DNA of 64,000 nucleotides from Nitrospirota bacterium (lineage in GTDB: Bacteria > Nitrospirota > UBA9217): contig CAWCKW010000012.1 of assembly GCA_963796285.1 (NCBI GenBank), forward strand, positions 1 to 64,000, written 5' to 3'. Every line of letters begins with the position of its first letter. The first letter of the stretch is position 1. Below the pieces are notes generated by a model that worked only from the letters and a program-made list of their open reading frames with translations, was not told the DNA's origin and did no database searches. Positions 40,965-51,728 of the stretch are shown here, in pieces. A program made the position numbers and the translations under genes.

Positions 40965-42008
40965 ATGGAAGCACCCGCAAAAGAACAACCCAAAGTTCAA
41001 CCCAAAGAGCAACCAAAACTGATCGTCTCGATCGGGCCCCACATGCACGATGAGGAGACCACGTCCAAGATCATGTGGACCGTGAGCGGTGCGTTGCTTC
41101 CGGCCACGCTCATGTCGGTCTACTATTTTGGCATGCCTGCCATCCTGGTCATTCTCGTCTGCATCGTGACTTCTCTGCTGACCGAGGCAGGGATGCAGTG
41201 GCTGCTCAAGAAGCCCATTACGCTCTCCGATGGCAGCGCATTCCTGACCGGCCTGCTCCTCGCCATGAACCTCCCTGCTAATGCGCCGCTCTATATTCCA
41301 TTTATCGGGTCCTTCGTGGCCATCATGATCGCCAAGCATCTTTTCGGCGGTCTCGGCTTCAATATCTTCAACCCGGCGCTCGTTGGACGTGCTTTTGTCC
41401 TGGTCAGCTTTGCGAAGATCATGACCACCTTTGTTTCGCCGGCGACCACGTTCATGGCTCTTGATGCCAAGACCACCGCCACACCGCTTGTTCTCCTTAA
41501 AGAGGAGGGGATGTCGAGGCTGCTCGAGATCTATCATACCAAGGCCGCCTTGTATCAGGACCTGTTCATCGGCAACCGGGCAGGGTCTCTCGGCGAAACG
41601 TCGGTGATCGCGCTGCTGCTCGGCGCTGCGCTCCTCATGCTGAAACGGTATATCACCTGGCACATCCCGGTCACGTTCATCGCAACGGTCGGCCTCCTTG
41701 CCTGGATCTTCGGCGGCAAGGAAGGGCTTATGACAGGCGACGCCATTTTCCACATGATGTCCGGCGGTCTTGTCCTCGGCGCGTTCTTTATGGCCACGGA
41801 CTATGTGACCGGTCCCTCGGTCCGCAGCGCGCAGATTGTATTCGGCGCCGCGTGCGGCGCACTTACGGTGCTTATCCGGTTGAAGGGCGGGTATCCCGAA
41901 GGCGTGATGTTCGCGATCCTTCTGATGAACTGCTTTGCGCCGCTGCTCGACCGGGGTATGCGCAGCCGTGTATTCGGCAAGGCCGAGGCCAGGGGGGTGA
42001 AAAAATGA
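40965..42008 (+). CDS. rnfD: Rnf complex subunit D
   Basis: FGGLGFNIFNPAL, TATP (FMN Thr), GSLGETS, FMATD and YPEG. Confidence 0.95.
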   Translation: MEAPAKEQPKVQPKEQPKLIVSIGPHMHDEETTSKIMWTVSGALLPATLMSVYYFGMPAILVILVCIVTSLLTEAGMQWLLKKPITLSDGSAFLTGLLLAMNLPANAPLYIPFIGSFVAIMIAKHLFGGLGFNIFNPALVGRAFVLVSFAKIMTTFVSPATTFMALDAKTTATPLVLLKEEGMSRLLEIYHTKAALYQDLFIGNRAGSLGETSVIALLLGAALLMLKRYITWHIPVTFIATVGLLAWIFGGKEGLMTGDAIFHMMSGGLVLGAFFMATDYVTGPSVRSAQIVFGAACGALTVLIRLKGGYPEGVMFAILLMNCFAPLLDRGMRSRVFGKAEARGVKK

Positions 42009-42592
42009 AAGACATGCTCAAAATAACGCTGAGCCTGGTGGCCATCTTCGTTGTTGCAGGCTTGATCATGGGGCTTACCTACAAATTTGCCTATCCCGTC
42101 CGCTTCCAGGCGGAAAAGAAGGAAAAGGAAGAGGCCCTGAAAGAGATGGCGCCTGACGCGACAGATCCCATTCAAGTGGCGGGAACCTGGTCCGCTGACA
42201 ATAAACCCTATGAATATTTTGAGGCAACCGCCGGCGGCAAACCGATAGCGTATATCGCGAGCACCGCGGGCAAGGGATATTCAAGTTACATCAAGATGCT
42301 CGTTTCCCTCGGTCCTGATCTGAAGATCAGGGACGTCAAGATCCTTGGACATGAAGAGACCCCCGGTCTTGGGGACCAGGTTGAGGACAGGAGCTTTCTC
42401 GACCAGTTCAAGGGAAAGTCCCTTGACCAGATCAAACTGGTAAAGGTGGAGACAAAGGAAAACATCCAGGCCGTATCCGGCGCCACCTATTCGAGCCGCG
42501 GAGTGACGAAAGGCGTCAAAGATGCCGCGCAGGTGCTCATCGATAAATACGGCGCGGGTATCAAATCGGCGGTGCAAGAGGTGACGAAATGA
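42005..42592 (+). CDS. rnfG: Rnf complex subunit G
   Basis: GKGY, ETPGLG and SGAT FMN motif. Confidence 0.94.
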   Translation: MKDMLKITLSLVAIFVVAGLIMGLTYKFAYPVRFQAEKKEKEEALKEMAPDATDPIQVAGTWSADNKPYEYFEATAGGKPIAYIASTAGKGYSSYIKMLVSLGPDLKIRDVKILGHEETPGLGDQVEDRSFLDQFKGKSLDQIKLVKVETKENIQAVSGATYSSRGVTKGVKDAAQVLIDKYGAGIKSAVQEVTK

Positions 42593-43221
42593 GCGACAAC
42601 GTTAGCTACTGGGCACTATTCAAGAACGGCGTCTTCGGTGAGAACCCGGTCTTCAGGCTTGCACTCTCTCTCTGCCCGGCCGTGGCCGTCACGAGCGGCG
42701 TGAAAAACGGGTTCTTGATGGGGGTCGCGGTTTTATTCGTCATGACCATGACGAACGTAACGGTTTCCCTGCTGCGGAACTTTATCAGTCCGAAAGTCCG
42801 GATCCCCTCCTATGTGTTCATCACGGCCACGTGGGTCACGGTGATCGATCAGTTGATGGCGGCCTACCAGAGAACGGTGTACAAGGAAATGGGCCTCTAC
42901 ATCATGCTCATTGTCGCCTTTGCCATTATCCTTTCACGGGCGGAGATGTTCGCGAGCAAGAACAAGCTCCTGCCGTCCTTTGTTGACGGGGTCGGCATGG
43001 GAACGGGCTTTCTGCTCGCCCTGATGCTGCTCGGTGTGTTCAGGGAATTTTTGGGCAAGGGGTCGCTCTGGGGCGTCCATATTTTGCCGGTCAAGCCCCT
43101 GCTCATCATGATCATGCCGACGGGCGGTTTCTTCGCCATGGGGCTCATGATGGGTTGGCTCAATTGGATCGACCGGAAGTTCTTTGGCGGCACCGGCGGC
43201 GGAGGCGGAGGACATCATTAA
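42589..43221 (+). CDS. rnfE: Rnf complex subunit E
   Basis: ENPVF..LCPAVAVT, VRIP and REFLG; operon position. Confidence 0.93.
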   Translation: MSDNVSYWALFKNGVFGENPVFRLALSLCPAVAVTSGVKNGFLMGVAVLFVMTMTNVTVSLLRNFISPKVRIPSYVFITATWVTVIDQLMAAYQRTVYKEMGLYIMLIVAFAIILSRAEMFASKNKLLPSFVDGVGMGTGFLLALMLLGVFREFLGKGSLWGVHILPVKPLLIMIMPTGGFFAMGLMMGWLNWIDRKFFGGTGGGGGGHH

Positions 43222-43289
43222 GAATTGCGGAATGCGGATTGCAGATTGCGGAATTAAAATCCGAAATCCACAATCCCAAATCTGAAATC
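43222..43289. repeat. Heptamer-based inverted repeat (GATTGCG/GAATGCG versus AATCCGA/AATCCCA)
   Basis: gaattgcggaatgcggattgcagattgcgga..atccgaaatccacaatcccaaatctgaaatc between rnfE and rnfA. Confidence 0.65.
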
Positions 43290-43310
43290 GTTCCACCCGG
43301 AGGGGATATC

Positions 43311-43895
43311 ATGCTGCAGCATGTCCTGACAATATTTATCGCATCAGCGCTCATTAACAATTTCGTTTTTTCCCGCTACCTTGGTCTCTGCATCTTTTTC
43401 GGCGTGACAAAAAAAATGGAAACCTCCATCGGGATGAGCTTTACCTTTACGGCCGTCATGCTCATTTCCGCTTCCCTGAACTGGCTGATTTATAACTATG
43501 TAATGATCCCCTATCATCTCGGGTTCCTGAAGATCGTCATTTTCATCGGCGTGATAGCCGCGTTCGTGCAGGCCGCTGATACGGTCATGAAAAAGGTAGC
43601 TCCCGCGCTGTACTATAAGCTGGGAATCTACCTGGCGCTGATCGTCACGAACTGTGTCATCCTGGCAGTGCCGCTCCTGAACGCGGATGAAAATTACGGC
43701 TTTTTCGAGAGCCTGGCCCTCGCTCTGGGATCGGGACTCGGTTTCAGTCTGGCGCTCATTATCATGGCGAGCATACGCGAAAAGCTGGAGCTTGCCGATG
43801 TGCCCAGGTCATTTCAGGGGCTGCCCATTTCTTTCGTTCTGACCGGCTTGATCGCCCTGGCATTCCTGGGATTTTCCGGCATGATCACGCTGTAA
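43311..43895 (+). CDS. rnfA: Rnf complex subunit A
   Basis: NNFV..LGLC, LGIYLALIVTNC and GFSGM. Confidence 0.94.
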   Translation: MLQHVLTIFIASALINNFVFSRYLGLCIFFGVTKKMETSIGMSFTFTAVMLISASLNWLIYNYVMIPYHLGFLKIVIFIGVIAAFVQAADTVMKKVAPALYYKLGIYLALIVTNCVILAVPLLNADENYGFFESLALALGSGLGFSLALIIMASIREKLELADVPRSFQGLPISFVLTGLIALAFLGFSGMITL

Positions 43896-43907
43896 TATGT
43901 TAAATTC

Positions 43908-43971
43908 GCCACAAGGGCACAAAGCAACGAAGTAACAAAAGCAGTTCCCGGCGCCTTGGTGACTTCGTGGC
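43908..43971. repeat. Palindromic intergenic repeat (ccac..cacaaag / cttggtg..gtgg family)
   Basis: gccacaagggcacaaag...cttggtgacttcgtggc. Confidence 0.5.
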
Positions 43972-43984
43972 AAAATGAAGGTGC

Positions 43985-45154
43985 ATGACTATGATTGAAC
44001 AATTAGGGCATATCCTGATACAGGCGTTCACGAACGCGCTGTCAATTTTTGCCAACAAGCTGATCCCTCTCGTCGATGCCGGCGGCGCGGCGGAGGCCGC
44101 GGGAACCGTTCCCCTGTCCACGGTGTATGTAACACTGATCGTTCTCGCAGGGCTGGGTATTGTCTTTGGAGTAGCACTAGCTATAGTCGCCGCGCGGTTC
44201 GTTGTCAAGGTAGATCCCAACGTGGAGAAGGTGCGCGATACCTTGCCGGGCGCCAACTGCGGCGCCTGCGGCTTCGCGGGCTGCATGGGATATGCCGAGG
44301 CCGTGGTGGGGAACCCCGACGTCGCCGTGAGCATGTGTGCCCCCGGAAAAGCTGCAGTTGCCGAGAAGATCGCGGAGATCACCGGCAAGAAGGCGGAGAA
44401 GATAGACCCGAAGATCGCGCGGGTCTTCTGCCAGGGCGGCAAATCCCTCAGCCAGCGGAAATTCATCTACACGGGTGTGCAGGATTGCACGGCCGCCGTG
44501 CTCGCTGCAGGCGGCGACAAGTCCTGCGAGTACGGATGTCTTGGTTACGCCACCTGCATGCGTGCCTGCCCCTTCGACGCTATCACGATGAGCGCCGACA
44601 ACCTGCCGGTCATCAGTAAGGAAAAGTGCACCGCTTGCGGCAAGTGCGTTGCCGCCTGTCCCAAACAAGTGATCGAACTTGCGGTGGCGTCCAAAGCAGT
44701 GGTGATCAGCTGCCACAGCAGGGACAAAGGCGCGGACACCAAGAAGAAGTGCCAGGTCGGCTGCATTGCCTGCGGCATCTGCGTCAGGACCTGTCCGGTG
44801 GACGCCATCAAGATCGATAACAACCTTGCGCGGATCGACCATGCCAAGTGTATTGTCTGCGGTCTCTGCGTCAAGAAATGTCCTACGAGCGCGATCCGCG
44901 ACTACATCCCGGTACGGCCCAAGGCATACATCGATCCCGCAAAATGCGACGGTCTTGATGTGTGCAAGAAAGTGTGCCCGGTCAGCGCCATCTCCGGTGA
45001 GATCCGATCGGTGCATGTCGTCAACCAGGAGAAGTGCATAGGTTGCAGGATGTGCGAGGCCCGGTGCCCCAAGAAGGCCATATCGATGGTAGAGGCCGCA
45101 TCCGGAGTTGTTGACAAAAAGCACTCAAAGAAAGAGGAACCGGTCACGGTCTAG
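43985..45154 (+). CDS. rnfB: Rnf complex subunit B (polyferredoxin form)
   Basis: LPGANCGACGFAGC followed by multiple CxxCxxCxxxCP motifs. Confidence 0.94.
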   Translation: MTMIEQLGHILIQAFTNALSIFANKLIPLVDAGGAAEAAGTVPLSTVYVTLIVLAGLGIVFGVALAIVAARFVVKVDPNVEKVRDTLPGANCGACGFAGCMGYAEAVVGNPDVAVSMCAPGKAAVAEKIAEITGKKAEKIDPKIARVFCQGGKSLSQRKFIYTGVQDCTAAVLAAGGDKSCEYGCLGYATCMRACPFDAITMSADNLPVISKEKCTACGKCVAACPKQVIELAVASKAVVISCHSRDKGADTKKKCQVGCIACGICVRTCPVDAIKIDNNLARIDHAKCIVCGLCVKKCPTSAIRDYIPVRPKAYIDPAKCDGLDVCKKVCPVSAISGEIRSVHVVNQEKCIGCRMCEARCPKKAISMVEAASGVVDKKHSKKEEPVTV

Positions 45155-45177
45155 CGTCACAGAAATTCGTATCAGAG

Positions 45178-45210
45178 AAGGGGATGCGTACTATTATGCA
45201 TCCCCTTTTT
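45178..45210 (+). terminator. Intrinsic terminator after rnfB
   Basis: aaggggatgcgta-ctat-tatgcatcccc followed by T5. Confidence 0.75.
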
Positions 45211-45334
45211 GCATGAGGAAACACAGTGTGGCGGCGCTTCCTTTTTCTGCTTGACAAAATTTCCTGCTTGGGTTAAAAACAGACTCACTCAACATTCTGC
45301 TCAAGTCCAACACGATCATGTTTCGGAGGTGTAT

Positions 45335-45724
45335 ATGAATCCTGACGATATCAAATACCATAGAGAACATACCTGGGTGCGCGCTGAAGGTAAGCATGCG
45401 ACTATCGGCATTACCGATTACGCCCAGCAGCAGATGGGAGATATCGTGTATATCGATCTGCCCGAAATAGATACCGAGGTCGATGCAGACTCGGAACTGT
45501 CAGAGGTCGAGTCCACAAAGGCAACTTCACCAGTGGTCAGCCCGGTATCGGGTAACGTGAGAGAGGTGAACGAGGACCTCGCCGACTCTCCGGAAATAAT
45601 CAACGAAGATCCGTATGGCAACGGCTGGCTCGTGGTGCTTGACATGAGCGACCCCTCGGAGTTGAATGACCTGATGAGCAAATCGGAGTACGAAAAGTTC
45701 CTGAAGGAAGAAGAGGGGAAGTAG
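45335..45724 (+). CDS. gcvH: Glycine cleavage system H protein (lipoyl carrier)
   Basis: HTW, GITDYAQ..GDIVY, VESTKA (lipoyl Lys) and INEDPYGNGW. Confidence 0.94.
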   Translation: MNPDDIKYHREHTWVRAEGKHATIGITDYAQQQMGDIVYIDLPEIDTEVDADSELSEVESTKATSPVVSPVSGNVREVNEDLADSPEIINEDPYGNGWLVVLDMSDPSELNDLMSKSEYEKFLKEEEGK

Positions 45725-45764
45725 AAAATCTGGAAAGCGGTAGTATCTCAATACACATGGACCG

Positions 45765-45794
45765 AAAGGGAGAGTATTTACTCTCCCTTTTTTT
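45765..45794 (+). terminator. Intrinsic terminator after gcvH
   Basis: aaagggagagt-attt-actctccc followed by T7. Confidence 0.8.
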
Positions 45795-45914
45795 GCTCAA
45801 AATGAAAACAAGCGATTTACCACAGGGCACAGAGGTACAATCGTGACGTATAAGGGTGTCTAAAGAACGCCATCCCAATGGCAAGGCATGAAACAAGCCT
45901 GAAACAAAAGCGTC

Positions 45915-45997
45915 TCTCGCAAAGATGCAAAGTCTCGATTAAAACAAGGCAAAGCTTACTTGTTAGTAGCTCTTTGCGACTTTGCGTCTTTGCGAGA
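45915..45997. repeat. Palindromic intergenic repeat
   Basis: tctcgcaaagatgcaaagtc ... gactttgcgtctttgcgaga inverted arms. Confidence 0.65.
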
Positions 45998-46056
45998 AAA
46001 TCGGTTTTGATGACTCAAATCTGATCTTGGTTTGTAAAGTACTTAAGGAGCATGGT

Positions 46057-47451
46057 ATGACAATTAAACTCACCATCATAGGCGCAGGACCGGGCGGTTA
46101 TGTGGCAGCGATCCGCGCGGCTCAGAAAGGCGCGGCGGTGTCGCTCATCGAGGGGTCTGAAGTGGGCGGTGTCTGTCTGAACTGGGGATGCATTCCAACA
46201 AAGACCCTCATCGCGTCCGCCGAGGCGCTCGTGCGCACACGGCGCGCTGCTGATTTCGGCATTCAGGTGTCGGGCGAGGTCGGCTACGACCTTTCGAAGA
46301 TCCGCGAGCGCAAGGACAAGGTCGTTGCCACGCAGGTCAAGGGGATCAGGGGCCTGTTGAAGAGCTGGGGTGTGGACCTCGTCGAGGGCCGCGGCACATT
46401 GCTCTCACCCGGTATCGTCCGGGTGGTCCGGAAGGATGGTACGGCAGCGGACGTGAAGTCCGACAAGGTCATCCTAGCAACGGGATCGCGGCCCGCGAAG
46501 CTGCCTGGCTTCCCGTTTGACGGCGACAGCGTGATCACGAGCGATGAAGCGATCCAGCTCGCGAGTATTCCCAAAAGCCTGCTGATCGTCGGTGCGGGCG
46601 TCATCGGTTCCGAATTTGCCTTCATCTACCGGTCGTTCGGGGCCGAGGTGACCGTGGTCGAGATGATGGCGCACGCGGTCTCGACCGAGGACGAGGAGAT
46701 GTCCGAACTCCTCGAGCGGGAGCTGAAAAAAGCGAAGATAAAGCTCGTAACGAACGTAAAGGTGGAAAACGTTGAAAAGGGATCCGATGGTATGATGGTC
46801 GCGAGGCTTTCGAACAAGACGGAGATCAGGACCGAGCGGATACTCGTATCCATCGGCAGGAGCATGAACTCGGAAAATCTCGGACTTGATAACGCCGGAG
46901 TGGTCATCGGCAGGCGCGGCGAGATCCAGGTAAATGAGAAGATGGAAACGAACGTGCCGGGCATCTATGCTATCGGAGACGTGACCGGGAACCTGATGCT
47001 GGCCCATGTTGCGTCGCGCCAGGGCGTCGTGGCAGTGGATAACGCGCTCGGCGGGGATTCCCGCATGGATTATACCGTGGTCCCGGCCGGCATCTTCACC
47101 ATGCCCGAGATCGGAAGCGTCGGCCTCAGGGAAAAGCAGGCGATCGAGAAGGGCATCAAGTACAAGGTCGGCAGGTTCCCGTTCCGCGGGCTCGGCAAGG
47201 CGCACGCCATGGGCGAGATCGCGGGAATGGCAAAGGTCATCGTCGATGAAGCCACGGACAAGGTGATCGGCGTTCACCTCTGCGGCGCCCATGCCACGGA
47301 CCTGATCCATGAGGGTGCGCTGGCCATGCAGATGGGCGCCACGGCACAACAGCTCGGCGACATGATCCATGCGCATCCCACGCTCGCCGAGGCCATCATG
47401 GAAGCATCGGAAGACGTGCACAAGATGGCGATACATGTGATGAAAAAGTAA
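46057..47451 (+). CDS. lpdA: Dihydrolipoamide dehydrogenase
   Basis: GAGPGGY, GGVCLNWGCIPTK, GAGVIGSE, LAHVA and HAHPTLAE. Confidence 0.94.
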   Translation: MTIKLTIIGAGPGGYVAAIRAAQKGAAVSLIEGSEVGGVCLNWGCIPTKTLIASAEALVRTRRAADFGIQVSGEVGYDLSKIRERKDKVVATQVKGIRGLLKSWGVDLVEGRGTLLSPGIVRVVRKDGTAADVKSDKVILATGSRPAKLPGFPFDGDSVITSDEAIQLASIPKSLLIVGAGVIGSEFAFIYRSFGAEVTVVEMMAHAVSTEDEEMSELLERELKKAKIKLVTNVKVENVEKGSDGMMVARLSNKTEIRTERILVSIGRSMNSENLGLDNAGVVIGRRGEIQVNEKMETNVPGIYAIGDVTGNLMLAHVASRQGVVAVDNALGGDSRMDYTVVPAGIFTMPEIGSVGLREKQAIEKGIKYKVGRFPFRGLGKAHAMGEIAGMAKVIVDEATDKVIGVHLCGAHATDLIHEGALAMQMGATAQQLGDMIHAHPTLAEAIMEASEDVHKMAIHVMKK

Positions 47452-47835
47452 AAGTAGTCGCGAGAGGTAAGGGGGTGAGGAGTCACGAGAAAGAATGAAA
47501 TGTATTAGATAGAATTTGCATATATAAGGTTTTGCAAACACATTTTATGATCACCCTCGATTGTCAGCTGTATTACGCATCCCTTCTCATTCACCATCTC
47601 TCCCCATTGACAATGAATTTAGTATAGAATAAACCTCCTCGTATACGGTTTGAGTTTCCATTCTTTGAATCCCATAAACGTACAAACCGTATTTGTTAGC
47701 CTATATCCATAAAATACTTCATTAACAGAGTTGACATCGCCGGGAATCACGCATATCTTATTAGTATCAGATAGTGACAGCCGGGAAAGCAAGAATCATT
47801 GTCTCCACAGTATTCGGTAATGACGTGAGAAGATC

Positions 47836-50800
47836 ATGTTCCTTCAACTGGTGGATCCAGCCAACTATATTCTGAACAGCTACGCGGCGCCTGTGTTCGC
47901 CGCCGGTGTGGCAATCGCATGCCTCGGATTCTTTGTTCTTTTCCGGGAACAAGGGTCCCGCGTCGGCGCTTCGTTCCTTCTCGTATGCTTGAGTATAAGT
48001 CTTTTTATGGTATCCTGCGGCTTTAACTATGCGAGCAAGGACGCCAGTCTGGCGTTTTTCTGGATCAGGATATCACACCTTGGCGTGGTCTTCATCCCCA
48101 GCAGCGTGCTTCTGCTGACGCTGGTGCTTTGTGGCCTGTCTCATCGATACAGCTTCGCCATCGCGGCCAGCATTGGCCTGTCTCTTCTGTTTGCCCTAAG
48201 CATTATTCTCACTGACCTGTTTATCAGCACCATAGAGCGTTTCTTCTGGGGCCATTACCCGCACTATGGTCCTCTGGGAATTGCATTCCTCGTTTATTTC
48301 CTCGGAATTTCAGCCTACACACTGGTCCTCTTCTGGCGGGAGTATCGGCGCAGTTCAACGGAGAAAAACAGGCAAAGGACCAGAGGCCTGCTCATTGCCT
48401 TCATCGGTGGTTATTTTGGGGCAATTGATTTTCTCCCCGCCCTGGGCATTACCATCTATCCCTTTGGATACATTCCCATCTTCTTCTTTATCTTTGCTTT
48501 CGCCTACGTGGTCATTCGCTACCAGCTCGTGGACATCACTCCAGAGACGGCCACGGGAGAGATCCTGGAGATCATGCACGGGGGCGTGATCGTCACGGAT
48601 CTTGAGGGAAAGGTACGGGTGGCGAACAGCCAGGCTCACAAGATGCTCGGTCATCTACCGGGAAGCCTGCTCGGCATGAAATTGCAATCGGTTGCTCCGA
48701 TACCTGATGAGTTGGTCGAGGCTATTCGGACCGGGAAGCATACCTCAGACTACGAGATGGTGTGGCCAGGACGGAACGGCCCGTACTGGGTGAGTCTGTC
48801 TGCGTCGCTCCTGCCCGATAAACGGAATGGCGAGCTGTTGGGAATAGTTTATGTGGCCTACGATATAACGGGGAGGAAACGGGTTGAGGAAAACCTGAAG
48901 GAGAGTGAAAAAGTATTCCATAACCTCTTCAACAACACCGAGGTGGCCATGCTAAGGACGAGGGTGGATGGCTCTGAAACCTTGGATGCAAACGATAAAT
49001 TCCTGGAACTCGTCGGACGTACGCGCGAAGAGGTGATTGGTAAACCCTCCGCAGTGCACTGGGTTGATCCCCGCCAACGAGAGGAGATGGTCCGCAGGCT
49101 CAGAGCCGATGGCCGTGTTGTTGATATAGAGTTGCAAATGTTCAACAAAAAAGGCGAAGTGCGCGATTGTGTCAGCTCGTTGAAGCTTTATCCTGAAGAA
49201 GGGATACTGGACGGATCAATTTTAGACATCACTGAACGCAAAAAAGCCGAGGAGAAGCTTAAAATAAGCGAACAGCAATTGAGAGAATCACAGCGGGTCG
49301 CCAGGATCGGCCATTACGTCTTAGATATTCAGACAGGCGCTTGGACCAGCTCAGAGGCACTGGATGATATTTATGGCATAGGACCTGAGTATGTGCGATC
49401 CTTTGAAGGCTGGCTGTCCATGGTACATCCCGATGAGCGGCCAGAGCTGTCAAGATATTTTGCGGAACAAGTGCTACGTGATCAAGTGTCATTTAATCGA
49501 CAATATCGCATTACGCGGAAGTCAGATGGGGCGGTTAGATGGGTGCACGGCCTTGGAAATCTTACCCCGTCCTCTGATGGCAAGCCGCTTAGGATGTTCG
49601 GAACCATTCAAGACATCACCGAGCGCAAAATGGCTGAAGAATCACAGCGTGAGAATCAGATGCGGCTCGATCTGGCTCTGCAGGCGGCTCATATGGGTGT
49701 ATGGCGCTGGGAGATTAAAGAGAACAGGCGCTATTACGACGAACTGACCTGTCAACTACTGGGAATAGATAGCACAACGTTTAATGGGGCATCTGAGGCG
49801 TTCTTTAAGGTGATCCACCCTGATGACAGGGAGATGGTTAAGGCATCTCTCGCCCGAACTATTGAACAGGACGCGCCTTATGACCTTATATATCGCGTGG
49901 TCTGGCCGGATGGAAGCATCCACTATGTATCGTCCCGCAGTAGACTAGTGCGTGACGACTCTGGGCAACCCGCTAGGCTCAATGGCATAATCTGGGATGT
50001 CACGGAACAGCGTATCTTTGAGAAAGAACTCCAGGAAAAGGAAATGAAGTATCGATCGCTCTTTGAATCAGCGAAAGATGGGATATTCATCCTGGCTGAG
50101 ACCGGTTTTATGGACTGCAACCAGAAAGGTGCCGAGATGTACGGTCTTAAGAAGGAGGAGCTTCTTGGCCATTCACCGCTCGACTTTGCTCCAGAGCATC
50201 AACCTGATGGGCGGCTCTCGTTTGAAGTATCTGGCGAGAAAATAGAGGCGGTGTTGAGAGGCATCCCCCAAGTCTTCGAGTGGCAGTCGCTGAACGCTAA
50301 AGGCAATCCTTTCGATGTGGAGATCACCCTGAGCAGGCTCGAACTGGGCGGCAAGATGTATTTACAGTCGATTGTTCGAGACATAGGAGAACGAAAGCGC
50401 TTGGAACTGGAACACCTCAAGACCCAGAAGCTCGAGTCTATCGGAACACTGGCCGGCGGCATTGCCCACGACTTCAACAACTTATTGCAAGGTGTTTTCG
50501 GATATATCTCCCTTGCAAGGTTGAAGAAAGATGACCGGGAGAAAAGCCTGGCTGCGCTTGAGGAGGCCGAAAAGGCCCTGCATATGACGGTGAAGTTGAC
50601 GAATCAGCTTCTTACCTTCTCAAAGGGCGGCAAGCCGGTTAAAAAAACAATCGACCTCCTCCCGGTGATCGAGAATGCAGCGAAGTTCGCCTTGAGCGGA
50701 TCACGCACCGATTTTCGCATTGTGGCCGATGGCGATCTTTGGCAAATTGATGCGGACGAGGGCCAGATCGGTCAGGTGATCCAGAATATAGTTCTGAATG

Positions 50801-51537
50801 CCGACCAGGCCATGCCCGAAGGCGGACGGGTGGAGGTCATGACGAGGAACTTTCACGCTCAGGGCCGATATCCTTCGGGTTTGCAGCAGGGAGCATACGT
50901 GGAGATCACCATTAAGGACAGCGGCGTCGGGATCCCGGAACAGTACCGTGCCAAGATATTCGACCCCTATTTCACCACCAAGGAAAAAGGAAGCGGTCTG
51001 GGACTCGCAACATCCTATTCCATCATCAAGAACCACAACGGCATGATCGATGTGAAGTCGGAGAGGGGTAAAGGAACGACGTTCATCATTTACCTCCCGG
51101 CAACGGAAGCCGTAAAGAGAGAAGAACAGGGCAGACCCGCTGCCGCGGCGCCGGGACGGACAGGGCGGGTGCTCATCATGGATGACGAGCCGGTCATCCT
51201 CGATATTGCCGGAGAACTGATCAGGGCACTGGGGCACAGTGCGGAGTTTGCGTCGCAGGGCAAAGAGGCGATCGCAAAATACCAGGAGGCGCAGCGATCA
51301 GGTCAGCCGTTCGATGTCGTTATTCTGGACCTTACGATCCGGGGCGGGATGGGCGGCGCTGAAACCCTTCGGAGACTGACGGAAATCGATCCCGGCGTGA
51401 AGGCCGTTGTATCGAGCGGATACTCTGATGATGCGGCCATCGCAGGCTATCTGGAGCAGGGGTTCAAGGCCGTTCTCAAAAAGCCATACGATGACAATGA
51501 ACTGCGAGAGGTGCTGAACAGATTGCTGAACTCGTAG
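47836..51537 (+). CDS. Hybrid sensor histidine kinase (7TM input, ~5 PAS, HisKA, HATPase, receiver)
   Basis: Seven hydrophobic helices, repeated DITERK PAS ends, AGGIAHDFNNLL, GSGLGL and ILDLT. Confidence 0.93.
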   Translation: MFLQLVDPANYILNSYAAPVFAAGVAIACLGFFVLFREQGSRVGASFLLVCLSISLFMVSCGFNYASKDASLAFFWIRISHLGVVFIPSSVLLLTLVLCGLSHRYSFAIAASIGLSLLFALSIILTDLFISTIERFFWGHYPHYGPLGIAFLVYFLGISAYTLVLFWREYRRSSTEKNRQRTRGLLIAFIGGYFGAIDFLPALGITIYPFGYIPIFFFIFAFAYVVIRYQLVDITPETATGEILEIMHGGVIVTDLEGKVRVANSQAHKMLGHLPGSLLGMKLQSVAPIPDELVEAIRTGKHTSDYEMVWPGRNGPYWVSLSASLLPDKRNGELLGIVYVAYDITGRKRVEENLKESEKVFHNLFNNTEVAMLRTRVDGSETLDANDKFLELVGRTREEVIGKPSAVHWVDPRQREEMVRRLRADGRVVDIELQMFNKKGEVRDCVSSLKLYPEEGILDGSILDITERKKAEEKLKISEQQLRESQRVARIGHYVLDIQTGAWTSSEALDDIYGIGPEYVRSFEGWLSMVHPDERPELSRYFAEQVLRDQVSFNRQYRITRKSDGAVRWVHGLGNLTPSSDGKPLRMFGTIQDITERKMAEESQRENQMRLDLALQAAHMGVWRWEIKENRRYYDELTCQLLGIDSTTFNGASEAFFKVIHPDDREMVKASLARTIEQDAPYDLIYRVVWPDGSIHYVSSRSRLVRDDSGQPARLNGIIWDVTEQRIFEKELQEKEMKYRSLFESAKDGIFILAETGFMDCNQKGAEMYGLKKEELLGHSPLDFAPEHQPDGRLSFEVSGEKIEAVLRGIPQVFEWQSLNAKGNPFDVEITLSRLELGGKMYLQSIVRDIGERKRLELEHLKTQKLESIGTLAGGIAHDFNNLLQGVFGYISLARLKKDDREKSLAALEEAEKALHMTVKLTNQLLTFSKGGKPVKKTIDLLPVIENAAKFALSGSRTDFRIVADGDLWQIDADEGQIGQVIQNIVLNADQAMPEGGRVEVMTRNFHAQGRYPSGLQQGAYVEITIKDSGVGIPEQYRAKIFDPYFTTKEKGSGLGLATSYSIIKNHNGMIDVKSERGKGTTFIIYLPATEAVKREEQGRPAAAAPGRTGRVLIMDDEPVILDIAGELIRALGHSAEFASQGKEAIAKYQEAQRSGQPFDVVILDLTIRGGMGGAETLRRLTEIDPGVKAVVSSGYSDDAAIAGYLEQGFKAVLKKPYDDNELREVLNRLLNS

Positions 51538-51709
51538 CTATTGTTGAATAGGGGAATAGATCTTTTGCAGCGGTAGAGTTCCCCGTCCCTCGACTCCACG
51601 TTCATGTGCATGATATAATCCACCATAAATGAAACATTCCAGCCATTTTCTATCAAGTCATTAGTCCTGCGAGAGACGGAATCGGTGCTCTACAAACATA
51701 CCAAATTTA

Positions 51710-51728
51710 TGATAGGATTGTCCTATCA
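51710..51728. promoter_or_regulatory. Perfect dyad, candidate operator upstream of the second kinase
   Basis: TGATAGGA-TTG-TCCTATCA in AT-rich intergenic DNA. Confidence 0.4.

Noticed and set aside
39516-47451. rnf-gcvH-lpdA as one operon or a novel Rnf-lipoyl system
   Set aside because: Clear terminators follow rnfB and gcvH, and gcvH has its own TTGACA upstream. The H protein has no Cys, so it is not an LbpA-type sulfur carrier.
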